63,977 bases of DNA, filler included, from Candidatus Rokuibacteriota bacterium (GCA_031406795.1; 7 parts of 7 records of this genome joined end to end with filler, not necessarily neighbours in it); one strand, 5' to 3'; positions 31,158-40,303 are shown, counted from the whole stretch's first letter. Notes: generated by a model not told the origin, from the sequence alone. Translations and numbers: made by a program.

Positions 31158-31715
31158 TCACCGGGAGCCAAGCGCCAGGCGCACGCAGCAGCGCGCGATC
31201 ATGTAGGCGCCAACGAACGGAAACGCCACGATGTACGCCAGTCCGATAAACGGAGCCGCGAAAAAGAGCGCGATGTTGCGCGCGATGCTCTCCGTCGCTT
31301 CGATCGGGACGGCCGCGCCGACGACCGCGGCCGGGCCGGCCGTCACCGCCGCGATGCGTCCCATGACCCGGGCGGCGACTTCCTCGATGATCGAGGGCGT
31401 GAGCGGCTTCTGGATGAATTCGGCGACACCGATCTCCCGGGCTTGCTCCTCAGCTTCCTGCGTCGCATAACCGGTGACGACCACGATCGGCAGCCAGGGA
31501 TTCATCTCCTTGATCCGGCGCGCCACCTCGAGACCGCCCTGACCGGGCATGCGCAAGTCGGTGAACACCATGTCGAACTCGGCGCCAGCGTACTTTTCGA
31601 ACGCTTCCCTCCCGCTCAGGGCGGTGTCGACCCGATACCCCTTGTTCGTGAGCACCCGTTCGAAGCTGCTTCCCACCACCTGATCGTCATCCACCACCAG
31701 AATCCTTTTTTCCAT
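31158..31715 (-). CDS. Response-regulator receiver with C-terminal membrane anchor (paralog of 27715-28326)
   Basis: ILVVDDD, TDLRMPG, VTGY, KP; identical 20-aa tail ALFFAAPFIGLAYIVAFPFV. Confidence 0.88.
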   Translation of the reverse strand: MEKRILVVDDDQVVGSSFERVLTNKGYRVDTALSGREAFEKYAGAEFDMVFTDLRMPGQGGLEVARRIKEMNPWLPIVVVTGYATQEAEEQAREIGVAEFIQKPLTPSIIEEVAARVMGRIAAVTAGPAAVVGAAVPIEATESIARNIALFFAAPFIGLAYIVAFPFVGAYMIARCCVRLALGSR

Positions 31716-31786
31716 CGTACTCACCCCCTCTTCCCGTTGTGTTGGTTGCTGTTTCGTCCTTCCCGTCAATCCATGACTGGGGATAT

Positions 31787-31802
31787 AGCATCAGGCGTGC
31801 CA
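31787..31802 (-). promoter_or_regulatory. Sigma54 (-24/-12) promoter of the cytochrome operon
   Basis: Minus strand TGGCACGCCTGATGCT with exact GG-N10-GC spacing; AT-rich IHF-like tract (TTCAA-TATG-TTG) just upstream. Confidence 0.8.
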
Positions 31803-31911
31803 GGCGCGACGATCACCGGGATTAAGACAATATTATTGAATATATTCAATATGTTGACATGAAGGTCACCATCGGCTTGCGCGAATTCTGGACGGTTCGG
31901 CACCCATCATT

Positions 31912-32009
31912 GTACAAATAGTTCATACGTACTAGCCCGACAAATTCGACGGCTATTCTGCCTTTTCAAGGGGTTGCGGGCGAAAAATGATTGTATGTTT
32001 TTTGTGTAC
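31912..32009. promoter_or_regulatory. Pair of candidate upstream activator sites GTATG-N7-TGTAC
   Basis: GTACA-AATAGTT-CATAC (31912-31928) and GTATG-TTTTTTG-TGTAC (31993-32009), inverted to each other. Confidence 0.5.
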
Positions 32010-32088
32010 GTCGTTGCCCAGAGCAGCGAAAAACTCCACGCTTCCGCCCCCCTGACGGAGGCCGAGAACATTGTCGCTGAAGTTTCGC

Positions 32089-32116
32089 TTGACACCGGCC
32101 GAATTCCAGCGATAAT
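32089..32116 (+). promoter_or_regulatory. Candidate sigma70 promoter of rplU-rpmA
   Basis: TTGACA-N16-GATAAT. Confidence 0.55.
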
Positions 32117-32158
32117 CAGTCCTCTTTATAGAACTGATGTGCGAGGAGGAGATACGCA

Positions 32159-32488
32159 ATGTACACGATCCTTGAAACCGGCGGCAAGCAATACCGCGTG
32201 GGCGTCGGCGACCTGATCGACGTCGAACTGCTCGACGCGGCACAGGGCTCTACCGTCAATTTCGACCGGGTGCTGCTGCTGGTCGCCCCGGATCAGACCC
32301 TGATCGGCCGGCCGACACTCCCGCAGGTGAAGGTCACCGGCGAGGTGGTGAGCGATGACGAAACCAACCCGGTGAAGGGGCCGAAGATCATCGTCTTCAA
32401 GTTCAAGAAGCGCAAGAACATGCGGCGCAAGACCGGCCACCGTCAGCACTACACCCGCGTGAAGATCAGCGGGATCACCGTCGCGTAA
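32159..32488 (+). CDS. rplU: 50S ribosomal protein L21
   Basis: MY.ILETGGKQYRV..GD, KII.FKFKKRK..RRKTGHRQ.YT. Confidence 0.97.
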   Translation: MYTILETGGKQYRVGVGDLIDVELLDAAQGSTVNFDRVLLLVAPDQTLIGRPTLPQVKVTGEVVSDDETNPVKGPKIIVFKFKKRKNMRRKTGHRQHYTRVKISGITVA

Positions 32489-32500
32489 GGGGAGAGGACC

Positions 32501-32507
32501 ATGGCTC
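32501..32507 (+). CDS. rpmA: Probable first codons of ribosomal protein L27 (cut by contig end)
   Basis: GGAGAGG RBS then ATG GCT C (M-A-H/x) directly after rplU; call rests on synteny only. Confidence 0.55.
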
Positions 32508-32607
32508 NNNNNNNNNNNNNNNNNNNNNNNNNNNNNNNNNNNNNNNNNNNNTTAATTAATTAANNNNNNNNNNNNNNNNNNNNNNNNNNNNNNNNNNNNN
32601 NNNNNNN
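32508..32607. other. Artificial contig linker
   Basis: N-run + TTAATTAATTAA + N-run. Confidence 0.99.
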
Positions 32608-32746
32608 TGAAACTCTCGATTGATCAAACTGGCGTCCCTTTGATGCGCTCGAGAATACTCGTATATTTTACATAATATATCTTATCAGACGTAGTAGTTA
32701 TGACGAAATGATAGCGATTTGAACTTTTTCCTGTTTCAGTGGACTG

Positions 32747-34942
32747 CTAGACGGACCACATCCGGCGCTCGAAATCGGCGTCGGGCACGGTGACCGTGAA
32801 CGACCCGCTCATCGGCCAGGAAGCCAGGCTGTTCCCGGACTTTTCGAGCGACAGGTGAAACTGGACCCGGTCCGCGAGCGACGTGCCGAGAGCAGACCAC
32901 GGGATGCCGGCTTCGAGAATGTCCGCGATGACAACCGTGCCGTCGGGAAGCTCGCGCCGTCCGCTCCCCTCCTCGTCGACGATGTAGCAGCCGCGCCCCG
33001 CCGAGGTCATCGGGATGACGATGCGCAGCGGCCGCGGCTTGGAGATGTGGACCAGCACGGCGTCGCCGAACAGGGCGAGGTCATGGTAGCCGATACGGAA
33101 GTCGACCCGCAGGAAGAGCCGTTCGGTGTTCATGCCGTAGTAGAACATCGAGACGGGCAAGTCGCTGCGGTGCATCGTGGAGGCACGGCGGTGGATCTCA
33201 TAGGCGGTCGCGCCGAGCCACTCGAAATAGCTGCTGACCCGTCCGTCGACCCGCGGTGAGATCAGCGAGGTCACCTCATCCGGCTGCGGGCCGGCGCCCG
33301 CGTTCTCGAGGACGCTGGCGAAAAGCCCCTCGGGTATCTTCTCCCCGATGAGGTGGTAGATGTTCATCAGGTGACGCCGGTACAATTCATCGAAGACCTC
33401 GTCGTTCCCCGAGGTGTGGTCGTCTCCATACCACCAGCACCAGTCGCTCCCCTCGGCGATGAAAAGCTCGTCCCACGCGGCGGCGAGGCGATCGGTCGAG
33501 ACGGCCCTGCCGGCGTCGGCCCGCACCAGCGCCTCACGGGCGTCGGAGAGCAAATCCCACGCGCGATTGTCCTCGCGGTGACCGATCCAGATCGCGAAAT
33601 TGCTGTTGATCCAGGAGCCGGTGAAGATTTCCGGCACTCTCGCGACGGGGGGGTGCCGGTCGAGATAGTCGCGAAAAGTGGTGCTGCGGAACCCGGGGTC
33701 TTCCGTCAGCCGCCGGTAGAGGCCGCGGATGAATTCAAGACCCCCGTCGGGGTAGTACTCCCAGGCATTCTCGCCGTCGAGGATCACCGGGACGACGCGC
33801 CCTTCCCGCCGCCCCCCCGGCAACTCGGCGATGCGCTTGAGCCGGTGGGCGAAATCGCCCACGGCATCCTGCGCGTCCCAGCGGCTGTACGAGAAGCCGA
33901 CGAGGTCGGAAAGCACGTGGTCACGGAAGAAGACCGCCGTGGTCCCGGTGCCGCTGCGATAGGGCTGATAGAGCAGTTCCTCGCGCTTGCCGGAGCGATA
34001 AAACTCCTGGTTGAGGTTCTGTCCGAGAGAGCGAAAGAGCACGTTCTCGTCGGTCGCCGTCCAGCGCAGCCCCTGTTCCTGGAACATCTGGAGGACCGCC
34101 GGGCTCACGCTCCCCTCGGAAGGCCAGATTCCCTGCGGCCGTTCGCCGAAGGCGCACTCGTGGTAGGCGATCGCCTTGCGGATCTGCGCGAGGGCATCCT
34201 CGGGGTGTCGAAAGGCCTGGTGCGGCAGCGTTATCTCAGGCATCGCGATGCGGGCGCAGTCGCTGTCGACGAGCAGCGGCAGTATCGGGTGGTAAAAGGG
34301 CGTCGTCGAGACCTCGATGCGCCCTTCCCGCACCAGGCGGCGCAGCAGCGGGACGACCTGGCCGGCGATCTCGTGCTGGCGCTCGAGCAGGGCGCACTTT
34401 TCGGCTTCCGTGAATCCCTGACCCTTGGTCGCCAGTTCCCGGCACAGGGGATCCGTCTCGAGGAAATAGGGCCCGAACCAGCAGAGATTGAAGAGAACCT
34501 GGAGGTCGAGAAAATCCTTGGCGGCGAAGAGACGCCGCGCCGACTCGAGGTGGCGCTGGTCGCCGGAGGGCCCGCGCTTCTCCAGCAGCTCGAAGTAGCG
34601 CGGGAACGGACGGATCATGGTCCCGTGGTTGGCCATGAAGAAATTGCGCAGCAGGAAGAGCTGCCCCTCCTGGTTCAAATCCGCGGCGGCCACCGTCGAG
34701 AGCACGAGGTGCTCGTCCAGCGTGCGTCCGGCCAGGTAGTCATCGAGCTGGTCGAGCAGCGACGGCACATAGTTGAAGGTCACGCGCAGCCCGGGAAACT
34801 CGTCGACGAGCGCCGCCATCGGGTAGTAGTCCTTGACGGCATGCAGCCGGACCCAGGGCAGCACCGCCCGCCCCTTGAGCTTGTCGCGGTAGTCCGGCTG
34901 GTGCATGTGCCAGAGGACGGCCACCTCGAGCGGGGCGCTCAC
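32747..34942 (-). CDS. Glycoside hydrolase family 57 (amylopullulanase-like)
   Basis: WHMHQP, TPFYHPILPLL, WPSEGSVS, LDGENAWEYY, AEGSDW.WWYG. Confidence 0.93.
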   Translation of the reverse strand: MSAPLEVAVLWHMHQPDYRDKLKGRAVLPWVRLHAVKDYYPMAALVDEFPGLRVTFNYVPSLLDQLDDYLAGRTLDEHLVLSTVAAADLNQEGQLFLLRNFFMANHGTMIRPFPRYFELLEKRGPSGDQRHLESARRLFAAKDFLDLQVLFNLCWFGPYFLETDPLCRELATKGQGFTEAEKCALLERQHEIAGQVVPLLRRLVREGRIEVSTTPFYHPILPLLVDSDCARIAMPEITLPHQAFRHPEDALAQIRKAIAYHECAFGERPQGIWPSEGSVSPAVLQMFQEQGLRWTATDENVLFRSLGQNLNQEFYRSGKREELLYQPYRSGTGTTAVFFRDHVLSDLVGFSYSRWDAQDAVGDFAHRLKRIAELPGGRREGRVVPVILDGENAWEYYPDGGLEFIRGLYRRLTEDPGFRSTTFRDYLDRHPPVARVPEIFTGSWINSNFAIWIGHREDNRAWDLLSDAREALVRADAGRAVSTDRLAAAWDELFIAEGSDWCWWYGDDHTSGNDEVFDELYRRHLMNIYHLIGEKIPEGLFASVLENAGAGPQPDEVTSLISPRVDGRVSSYFEWLGATAYEIHRRASTMHRSDLPVSMFYYGMNTERLFLRVDFRIGYHDLALFGDAVLVHISKPRPLRIVIPMTSAGRGCYIVDEEGSGRRELPDGTVVIADILEAGIPWSALGTSLADRVQFHLSLEKSGNSLASWPMSGSFTVTVPDADFERRMWSV

Positions 34943-34975
34943 TGCACCCTCCCCCGCCGCGCCTCTGGTTGATCA

Positions 34976-35108
34976 AGCCTGGCGCCGAAAAGGGTCCAGG
35001 TGCAAGGCGCGCGAGTCCTGAGGAATGAGGCGTACGAGCAGTACGCCGCAGTGACGAAGGGCGAAGGGCGAAGGGCGACGCCGCAGATGGGCCCTTCTCA
35101 GCGGCCTG
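34976..35108 (+). repeat. Family A repeat copy
   Basis: GCCGAAAAGGGTCCAGGTGCAAGGCG..TGAGGCGTAC-GAGCA-GTACGCCGCA..ACGCCGCAGATGGGCCCTTCTCAGCGGCCT. Confidence 0.85.
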
Positions 35109-35204
35109 GGGGCAGATCGTGGATGGTGAGGGTGATGGCGGCGCGGTCGAACCGCCCGTCCGATCCGGCGGCCGCCCGCACGCTGCCCACCGCGGCCAGC
35201 AGGC
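35098..35204 (-). CDS. Possible 3' end of a truncated gene whose TGA lies inside the repeat end
   Basis: LLAAVGSVRAAAGSDGRFDRAAITLTIHDLPPGR* with GC3-biased codons; too short to identify. Confidence 0.35.
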
Positions 35205-35304
35205 NNNNNNNNNNNNNNNNNNNNNNNNNNNNNNNNNNNNNNNNNNNNTTAATTAATTAANNNNNNNNNNNNNNNNNNNNNNNNNNNNNNNNNNNNNNNN
35301 NNNN
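35205..35304. other. Artificial contig linker
   Basis: N-run + TTAATTAATTAA + N-run. Confidence 0.99.
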
Positions 35305-35342
35305 CCCCGGGGACCCCGCTACCAGGGTCATCTATGAACGCT

Positions 35343-35471
35343 AGCCTGGCGCCGAAAAGGGTCCAGGTGCACGGCGCGCGAGTCCTGAGTAATGAGGCGT
35401 ACGAGCAGTACGCCGCAGTGACGAAGGGCGAAGCGCAACGCAGCAGATGGGCCCTTTTCGGCGCCAGGCTA
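35343..35471 (+). repeat. Family A repeat copy
   Basis: Near-identical to 34976-35108; ends AGCCTGGCGCCGAAAAGGG / CCCTTTTCGGCGCCAGGCT. Confidence 0.8.
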
Positions 35472-36782
35472 GCGTTCATCGATGACCCTGATCGCGGGTT
35501 CCCCGGGGAGCGTCAGGCGCGGGTCGACGAGTTTCACCCGCGCCGTGATGCCCAATTCCTCCTGGACGCGGCGCGAAACCTCCTCGAGCAGCTGCCGCTG
35601 CTGCCGCATGCCGTCGAAGAACATCCCTTCGGAAACCTCGACCCTGATCTCCAGCAAATCCTGCCCGGCCTCGCGCTGCAGAGCCAGCACAAACCGCGGC
35701 GGGGGGCCCTCGACCGTGGAGAGGATGCTCGCGACCTGCGCGGGGAAGAAATGCACGCCGCGCAGGCTGATCATGTCGTCGGTCCGTCCCGCGACGCGGG
35801 CGATGCGGGCGAGTGTCCGGCCGCAGGCACAGGCTGCGGGTTCGAGGCTCGTCAGGTCCCCGGTCCGGTAGCGGATGAGGGGAAAGGCCTCGCGGGTGAG
35901 CGTCGTCAGCACCAGTTCGCCCGTGGCTCCCGCGGGCAGCACGGCGCCCGTGGCGGGGTCGACGATCTCGGCGAGGAAATGGTCTTCCTGCAGATGCAGA
36001 CCGGCGCGCGCGTCGCACTCCCCGGCGACGCCGGGCCCCATGACCTCGCCGACCGAGTAAGCGTCGGCGGCGCTGACCATCAGCCGCGCCTCCAGGTCGC
36101 GCCGCAGCGGCTCCCCCCAGATTTCGGCACTGAAAATGCCGACCCGGAGAAACAGCGTCTTCGGGTCGATGGCCTCGGTCACCAGATGGTCGGCGAGCGA
36201 TCGCGCCACGGACGGTGGCGCGATCAGCACGGTGCTGCGGTAGTCCCGCATGATCTCGAGCTGGTGGTTCATGCGCGCGGCCGACGTCGGGATGACCGAC
36301 GCGCCGATGCGTTCGGCGCCGTAGTGGAAACCGAAGCCGTCGGGAAAGATCCCGTAGTCGAAGGCGATCTGCACGACATCGTCCCGGGTCACGCCCCCGG
36401 CCACCAGCACCCGCGCGGCGAGTTCGCCCCAGGTGCGGATGTCGCGCGCCGTGTGCCCGACGACGACCTGCCGGCCGCCGGTCGCGGTGGAGGCGTGCAG
36501 CCGCACCACTTCGCGTAGCGGCACCGCGAACAGACCGTAGGGGTGGTGCTTCGCGAGTTCGGCCCGGGTCGTGAAGGGCAGCCGCCGCAAATCCTCCAGC
36601 GAGCGGAAATCCCCGGGGTCGAAGCCCTGCTCCTCGAAGCGACCCCGGTAGAACGCCACGCTGCGGTGCACCCGGTTGAGCGTCGTCTGCAGTCGTTCGA
36701 GCTGGAGCTGGTCCAGATCCTCACGGGCCATGCCTTCGTTGCGGGGATCCCAGATCGCCATAGCCCCTCTATTATTGCTCAT
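35469..36782 (-). CDS. Phenylacetate-CoA ligase-like paralog with degenerate catalytic motifs
   Basis: Full-length similarity to PaaK at 41994 (EAFPLIRYRTGD, GRTDDM) but ASTATGGR in place of ASSGTTGK. Confidence 0.85.
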   Translation of the reverse strand: MSNNRGAMAIWDPRNEGMAREDLDQLQLERLQTTLNRVHRSVAFYRGRFEEQGFDPGDFRSLEDLRRLPFTTRAELAKHHPYGLFAVPLREVVRLHASTATGGRQVVVGHTARDIRTWGELAARVLVAGGVTRDDVVQIAFDYGIFPDGFGFHYGAERIGASVIPTSAARMNHQLEIMRDYRSTVLIAPPSVARSLADHLVTEAIDPKTLFLRVGIFSAEIWGEPLRRDLEARLMVSAADAYSVGEVMGPGVAGECDARAGLHLQEDHFLAEIVDPATGAVLPAGATGELVLTTLTREAFPLIRYRTGDLTSLEPAACACGRTLARIARVAGRTDDMISLRGVHFFPAQVASILSTVEGPPPRFVLALQREAGQDLLEIRVEVSEGMFFDGMRQQRQLLEEVSRRVQEELGITARVKLVDPRLTLPGEPAIRVIDER

Positions 36783-37516
36783 TCCCAGACCTCGCGGTAG
36801 CCCTTCCCGAGATAGGCGCGCTGGACCTCGCGGTCGCCGAGCAGGAACGCGGCCTCCCCCTCGAGCACCAGCTTGCCGGTTTCAATGACGTACCCGCGGT
36901 CGGCGATCCGCAGGGCGGCCCGGGCGTTCTGTTCGACCAGCAGTACCGTCCGTCCCTCGTCGCGCAGCCGCTGGATGGCGCGGAAGATGTCGCGCACGAT
37001 CAGCGGCGCCAGGCCCATCGACGGTTCGTCCATCATCAGCAGCCGCGGGTCCGTCATCAGCGCGCGGCCCATGGCCAGCATCTGCTGCTCGCCGCCGGAG
37101 AGGGTGCCGGCGAGCTGCCCGGTGCGCTCGCGCAGGACCGGGAACAGCTGGTAGATCTCCTCCAGCGCCCGGTGGGTCCCCTGCCCGTCCCGGCCGCGCC
37201 GCGCGGCGACGTAACCGCCGAGAAGCAGATTCTCGTGCACCGACATCGCGGCGAACACCTGCCGCCCCTCCGGCACCAGCGCGATGCCCAGATCGACGAC
37301 CCGCTCGGCGGGCAGACCGCGGATCGACCGGCCGTCGAACAGCACCTCGCCGCCGGCGGGTGCGAGCAGCCCGGAGAGCGCGCGCAGCAGCGTGCTTTTG
37401 CCGGCGCCGTTGGCGCCGATCAGCGTCACGATCTCCCCCGGAGAAACGTGCAGAGAGACCTGGACGAGGACTTTCAGCGGCCCGTACCCGGCCTCGAGAT
37501 TACGGACTTTCAGCAT
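36779..37516 (-). CDS. livF: Branched-chain amino acid-type ABC ATPase (LivF family)
   Basis: GANGAGKST, VPEGRQVF, LSGGEQQMLAMGRAL, DEPSMGLAP, VEQNA. Confidence 0.92.
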   Translation of the reverse strand: MLKVRNLEAGYGPLKVLVQVSLHVSPGEIVTLIGANGAGKSTLLRALSGLLAPAGGEVLFDGRSIRGLPAERVVDLGIALVPEGRQVFAAMSVHENLLLGGYVAARRGRDGQGTHRALEEIYQLFPVLRERTGQLAGTLSGGEQQMLAMGRALMTDPRLLMMDEPSMGLAPLIVRDIFRAIQRLRDEGRTVLLVEQNARAALRIADRGYVIETGKLVLEGEAAFLLGDREVQRAYLGKGYREVWE

Positions 37517-38282
37517 CGTCCTCGCCCAGGTAGATCCGGATCACGTCGGGATTGCGCTGGATCGCGCGCGGGTCGCCCTCGGCCACGCGGCGGCCCGCGC
37601 CGAGCACAAGGATCTCGTGGGAGATGTTCATCACCAGGCCCATGTCGTGCTCCACCAGCAGGACCGTCAACCCCGTGGCATTGATGCGGCTGATCGTCCC
37701 GGCAAGGTCCTCGGTCTCCCGCATGTTCAGGCCCGCGGCGGGCTCGTCGAGCAGCAGCAGTTCCGGCTCGCAGACGAGCGCCCGCGCCAGTTCAACCAGG
37801 CGCTGCTGCCCATAAGCCAGGCTCAGGGCCTCGGCGTCGGCGTGATCGGCCAGTCCGAGAAACGCGAGGGTCTCGAGGCAGCGCTCCCGGGCGGCGCGGC
37901 TCTCGCGGACGGTGCCCGGCAGCCGCAGCATTCCCGCGAGGAACCCGCTCCGGGTGTGCCGGTGCCGTCCCGTCAGCACATTTTCGAGCACCGACATGCC
38001 CGGGACGAGTTGGATCTGCTGAAATGTCCGCGCCATCCCGCGGCCCGCGAGCTCGTGGGCCGGGAGCCCCCGGACTTCCTCGCCGCGAAAGCGCACCGAC
38101 CCGCTGTCGGGCAGCGCATAGCCGGAGACCAGGTTGAACAGCGTGGTCTTGCCGGCGCCGTTCGGCCCGATGACGGCCTTGATGCCGCCGCGCGGGACGA
38201 CGAACGAGAGGTCGGCGACGGCCTGGAGTCCGCCGAAGCGCCGGCCGAGATCACGGACCTCAAGCACCGGCTGCATGGTCAC
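37500..38282 (-). CDS. livG: ABC ATPase (LivG family)
   Basis: FGGLQAV, GPNGAGKTT, ARTFQ, LAYGQQR, DEPAAG, VEHDM. Confidence 0.92.
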   Translation of the reverse strand: MTMQPVLEVRDLGRRFGGLQAVADLSFVVPRGGIKAVIGPNGAGKTTLFNLVSGYALPDSGSVRFRGEEVRGLPAHELAGRGMARTFQQIQLVPGMSVLENVLTGRHRHTRSGFLAGMLRLPGTVRESRAARERCLETLAFLGLADHADAEALSLAYGQQRLVELARALVCEPELLLLDEPAAGLNMRETEDLAGTISRINATGLTVLLVEHDMGLVMNISHEILVLGAGRRVAEGDPRAIQRNPDVIRIYLGEDDAESP

Positions 38283-39351
38283 CGCGCCCTCTGCGCACCA
38301 GCAGCGCCCTGAATTGCCGCCAGCGGCCGCCGCCGACGATGCCCTCGGGGGCGAAGAGCATCATGGCCAGCAGGATGCCGCCGAAGACCAGATCGTCGAG
38401 GGTACCGAAATAGCCGCGCAGCGAGAGGAACGTCAGGATGGTGCCCATCACGAGCGCGCCGCGCAGGTTGGCCATGCCGCCGACCGCGACGATCGCCACG
38501 TACCGGACGGACTTCATCACCGAGGCTTCCGACGGGCCGATCCCGCCGTTGTAGTGGGTCAGCAGCACGCCGGCGAGCGCCGCCAGCACGGCCGCGAGGA
38601 CGAAGACGCGGGTCTTGAACCTCGCGATGGGGATGCCGACCGCCGCCGCGGCGTTCTCCGAGCCGTGAATCGCGCGCAGCGCGCGACCGACCCGGGATTC
38701 GATCAGATTGGAGAGCATCCAGAGCGTGAGCAGAACCAGACCCCACGCGGCGTAGTAATTCGGCACCCGCGCGGGCGCTCGTCCGGAGATCGCGAAGCCG
38801 GGCAGCAGCGCGAGCGCCGGGACGTCGGAGATCCCGTCGGCCGCGCCGAACAGCGAGCTGCCGAGGAAGATGCGGTGGACGATGATGCCGAAGCCGAGGG
38901 TCGCCATCGCCAGGTAGTGTCCGCGCAGGCGGAAGACCGGGCCGGCGACGATCCAGGCGACGGCGGCCGCGAGCCCGACGGCGAGCAGTGCGGCCGCCCA
39001 GGGGTGCACATGAGTGATGCTGCCGCCGCTGCCGTCCGGGCGGGTCACGAGCAGGTGCGCCCGCGCGAGGACGACGACCGCGAGCGCCTTGCCGCGCGGC
39101 GCGAGGTCGAACGTCGTGAGGAAGGCCGCGGTGTAGCCGCCGAGCGCAAAGAACCCGGCCTGCCCCAGCGAGGCCTGGCCGGCGTAGCCCATGAGCATCG
39201 CGAGACCGAGGACGACGAGCATCGCGTACGCGGACATCGTCAGCTGGGTCAGGTAGTAGGTCTTGTGCGAGAGGCTGGCCGCGACCTGGATTGCGACGAC
39301 CGCGAGCGCCAGCGCAACCGTGAAGCCCGTTCCCCGACTCCGGGCGCTCAC
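38260..39351 (-). CDS. livM: ABC permease (LivM family)
   Basis: GYAGQASLGQAGF, RLRGHYLAMATLGF, SRVGRALRAI, VGGM. Confidence 0.9.
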   Translation of the reverse strand: MSARSRGTGFTVALALAVVAIQVAASLSHKTYYLTQLTMSAYAMLVVLGLAMLMGYAGQASLGQAGFFALGGYTAAFLTTFDLAPRGKALAVVVLARAHLLVTRPDGSGGSITHVHPWAAALLAVGLAAAVAWIVAGPVFRLRGHYLAMATLGFGIIVHRIFLGSSLFGAADGISDVPALALLPGFAISGRAPARVPNYYAAWGLVLLTLWMLSNLIESRVGRALRAIHGSENAAAAVGIPIARFKTRVFVLAAVLAALAGVLLTHYNGGIGPSEASVMKSVRYVAIVAVGGMANLRGALVMGTILTFLSLRGYFGTLDDLVFGGILLAMMLFAPEGIVGGGRWRQFRALLVRRGRGDHAAGA

Positions 39352-39352
39352 C

Positions 39353-40243
39353 TCAATACTCCCGCAGGCGCGCCGCCTCGGCGCTGCCGAAGATCCCGCT
39401 CGGCCGCAGGAACAGCACGCCGAGCATCACGGCGATCGCGACCGCGTCCTTGTAGGCGGCCGGCAGCATCCAGACGCCGAAGGACTCGAGCAGGCCGAGA
39501 ATCAGTCCCCCGGCGGCCGCCCCGGCCGTGCTCCCGAGACCGCCGAGGATCGCTGCCGTGAAGCCCTTGATCGCCAGCGCCGTGCCGCTGTCGTACTGCA
39601 CGTAGGTGATCGGCGAGACCACACAGCCGGCCAGGGCCCCCATGCCGGCGCTGAGCACGAAGGAGAGCGTGACCATGTTGCGGGTATTGATCCCGCAGAG
39701 CCGCGCCGCGTCGCGGTTGGAGGCGCAGGCGCGCATCTGCCTGCCGAGCGGCGTGGCGCGGAAGAAGGCGCCCAGGAGCAGCACCATCGCGCCGCAGACG
39801 CCGATGACCCAGAGCACCTGCGGGGAAATCTTCGCGCCGGCCACCGTGAGCGCGCTGACCGAGTCGCCGGTGAAATGCGGCAGCGCGTGCGACTTCTCGT
39901 CCCAGAGGTGGAGCGCCAGTTCCCGGATGACGATCGAGACGCCGATGGTGATGATGATCAGCCGCAACACGGAGGGCCGCTTGAGCCAGCGGATGAAGAG
40001 CACCTCGATGGCGGCGCCGACGAGCATCGTGACGGCCACGGCGCCCAGGATCGCCAGCGGCAGGGGCAGATGGCGGTGCAGGGTGACCGCCGTCATGCCG
40101 CCGATCATCAGGAACTCGCCCTGCGCAAAATTGATGATGCCGGTGGTGTTGTAGATGATCGTGAAGCCGATGGCCACGACGCCGTAGATGATGCCGTAGG
40201 TCAGGCCGGCAACGCAGAACTGCAGGAAGATGTCGCTGCTCAT
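39353..40243 (-). CDS. livH: ABC permease (LivH family)
   Basis: GIINFAQGEF, TPLGRQMRA, KGFTAAILGGLG. Confidence 0.9.
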   Translation of the reverse strand: MSSDIFLQFCVAGLTYGIIYGVVAIGFTIIYNTTGIINFAQGEFLMIGGMTAVTLHRHLPLPLAILGAVAVTMLVGAAIEVLFIRWLKRPSVLRLIIITIGVSIVIRELALHLWDEKSHALPHFTGDSVSALTVAGAKISPQVLWVIGVCGAMVLLLGAFFRATPLGRQMRACASNRDAARLCGINTRNMVTLSFVLSAGMGALAGCVVSPITYVQYDSGTALAIKGFTAAILGGLGSTAGAAAGGLILGLLESFGVWMLPAAYKDAVAIAVMLGVLFLRPSGIFGSAEAARLREY

Positions 40244-40303
40244 GGGAGTCGCCCGGCCCGGGGCCGAACACGCGGCCCCGGGCCTCCAGGCAAGCGTGAG
40301 ATC

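Noticed and set aside
35305-35344. Inverted copy of the last 40 nt of the PaaK-like gene, making a long palindrome around the repeat
   Set aside because: At a contig edge beside a strong hairpin with four scattered mismatches; probably a fold-back assembly artefact
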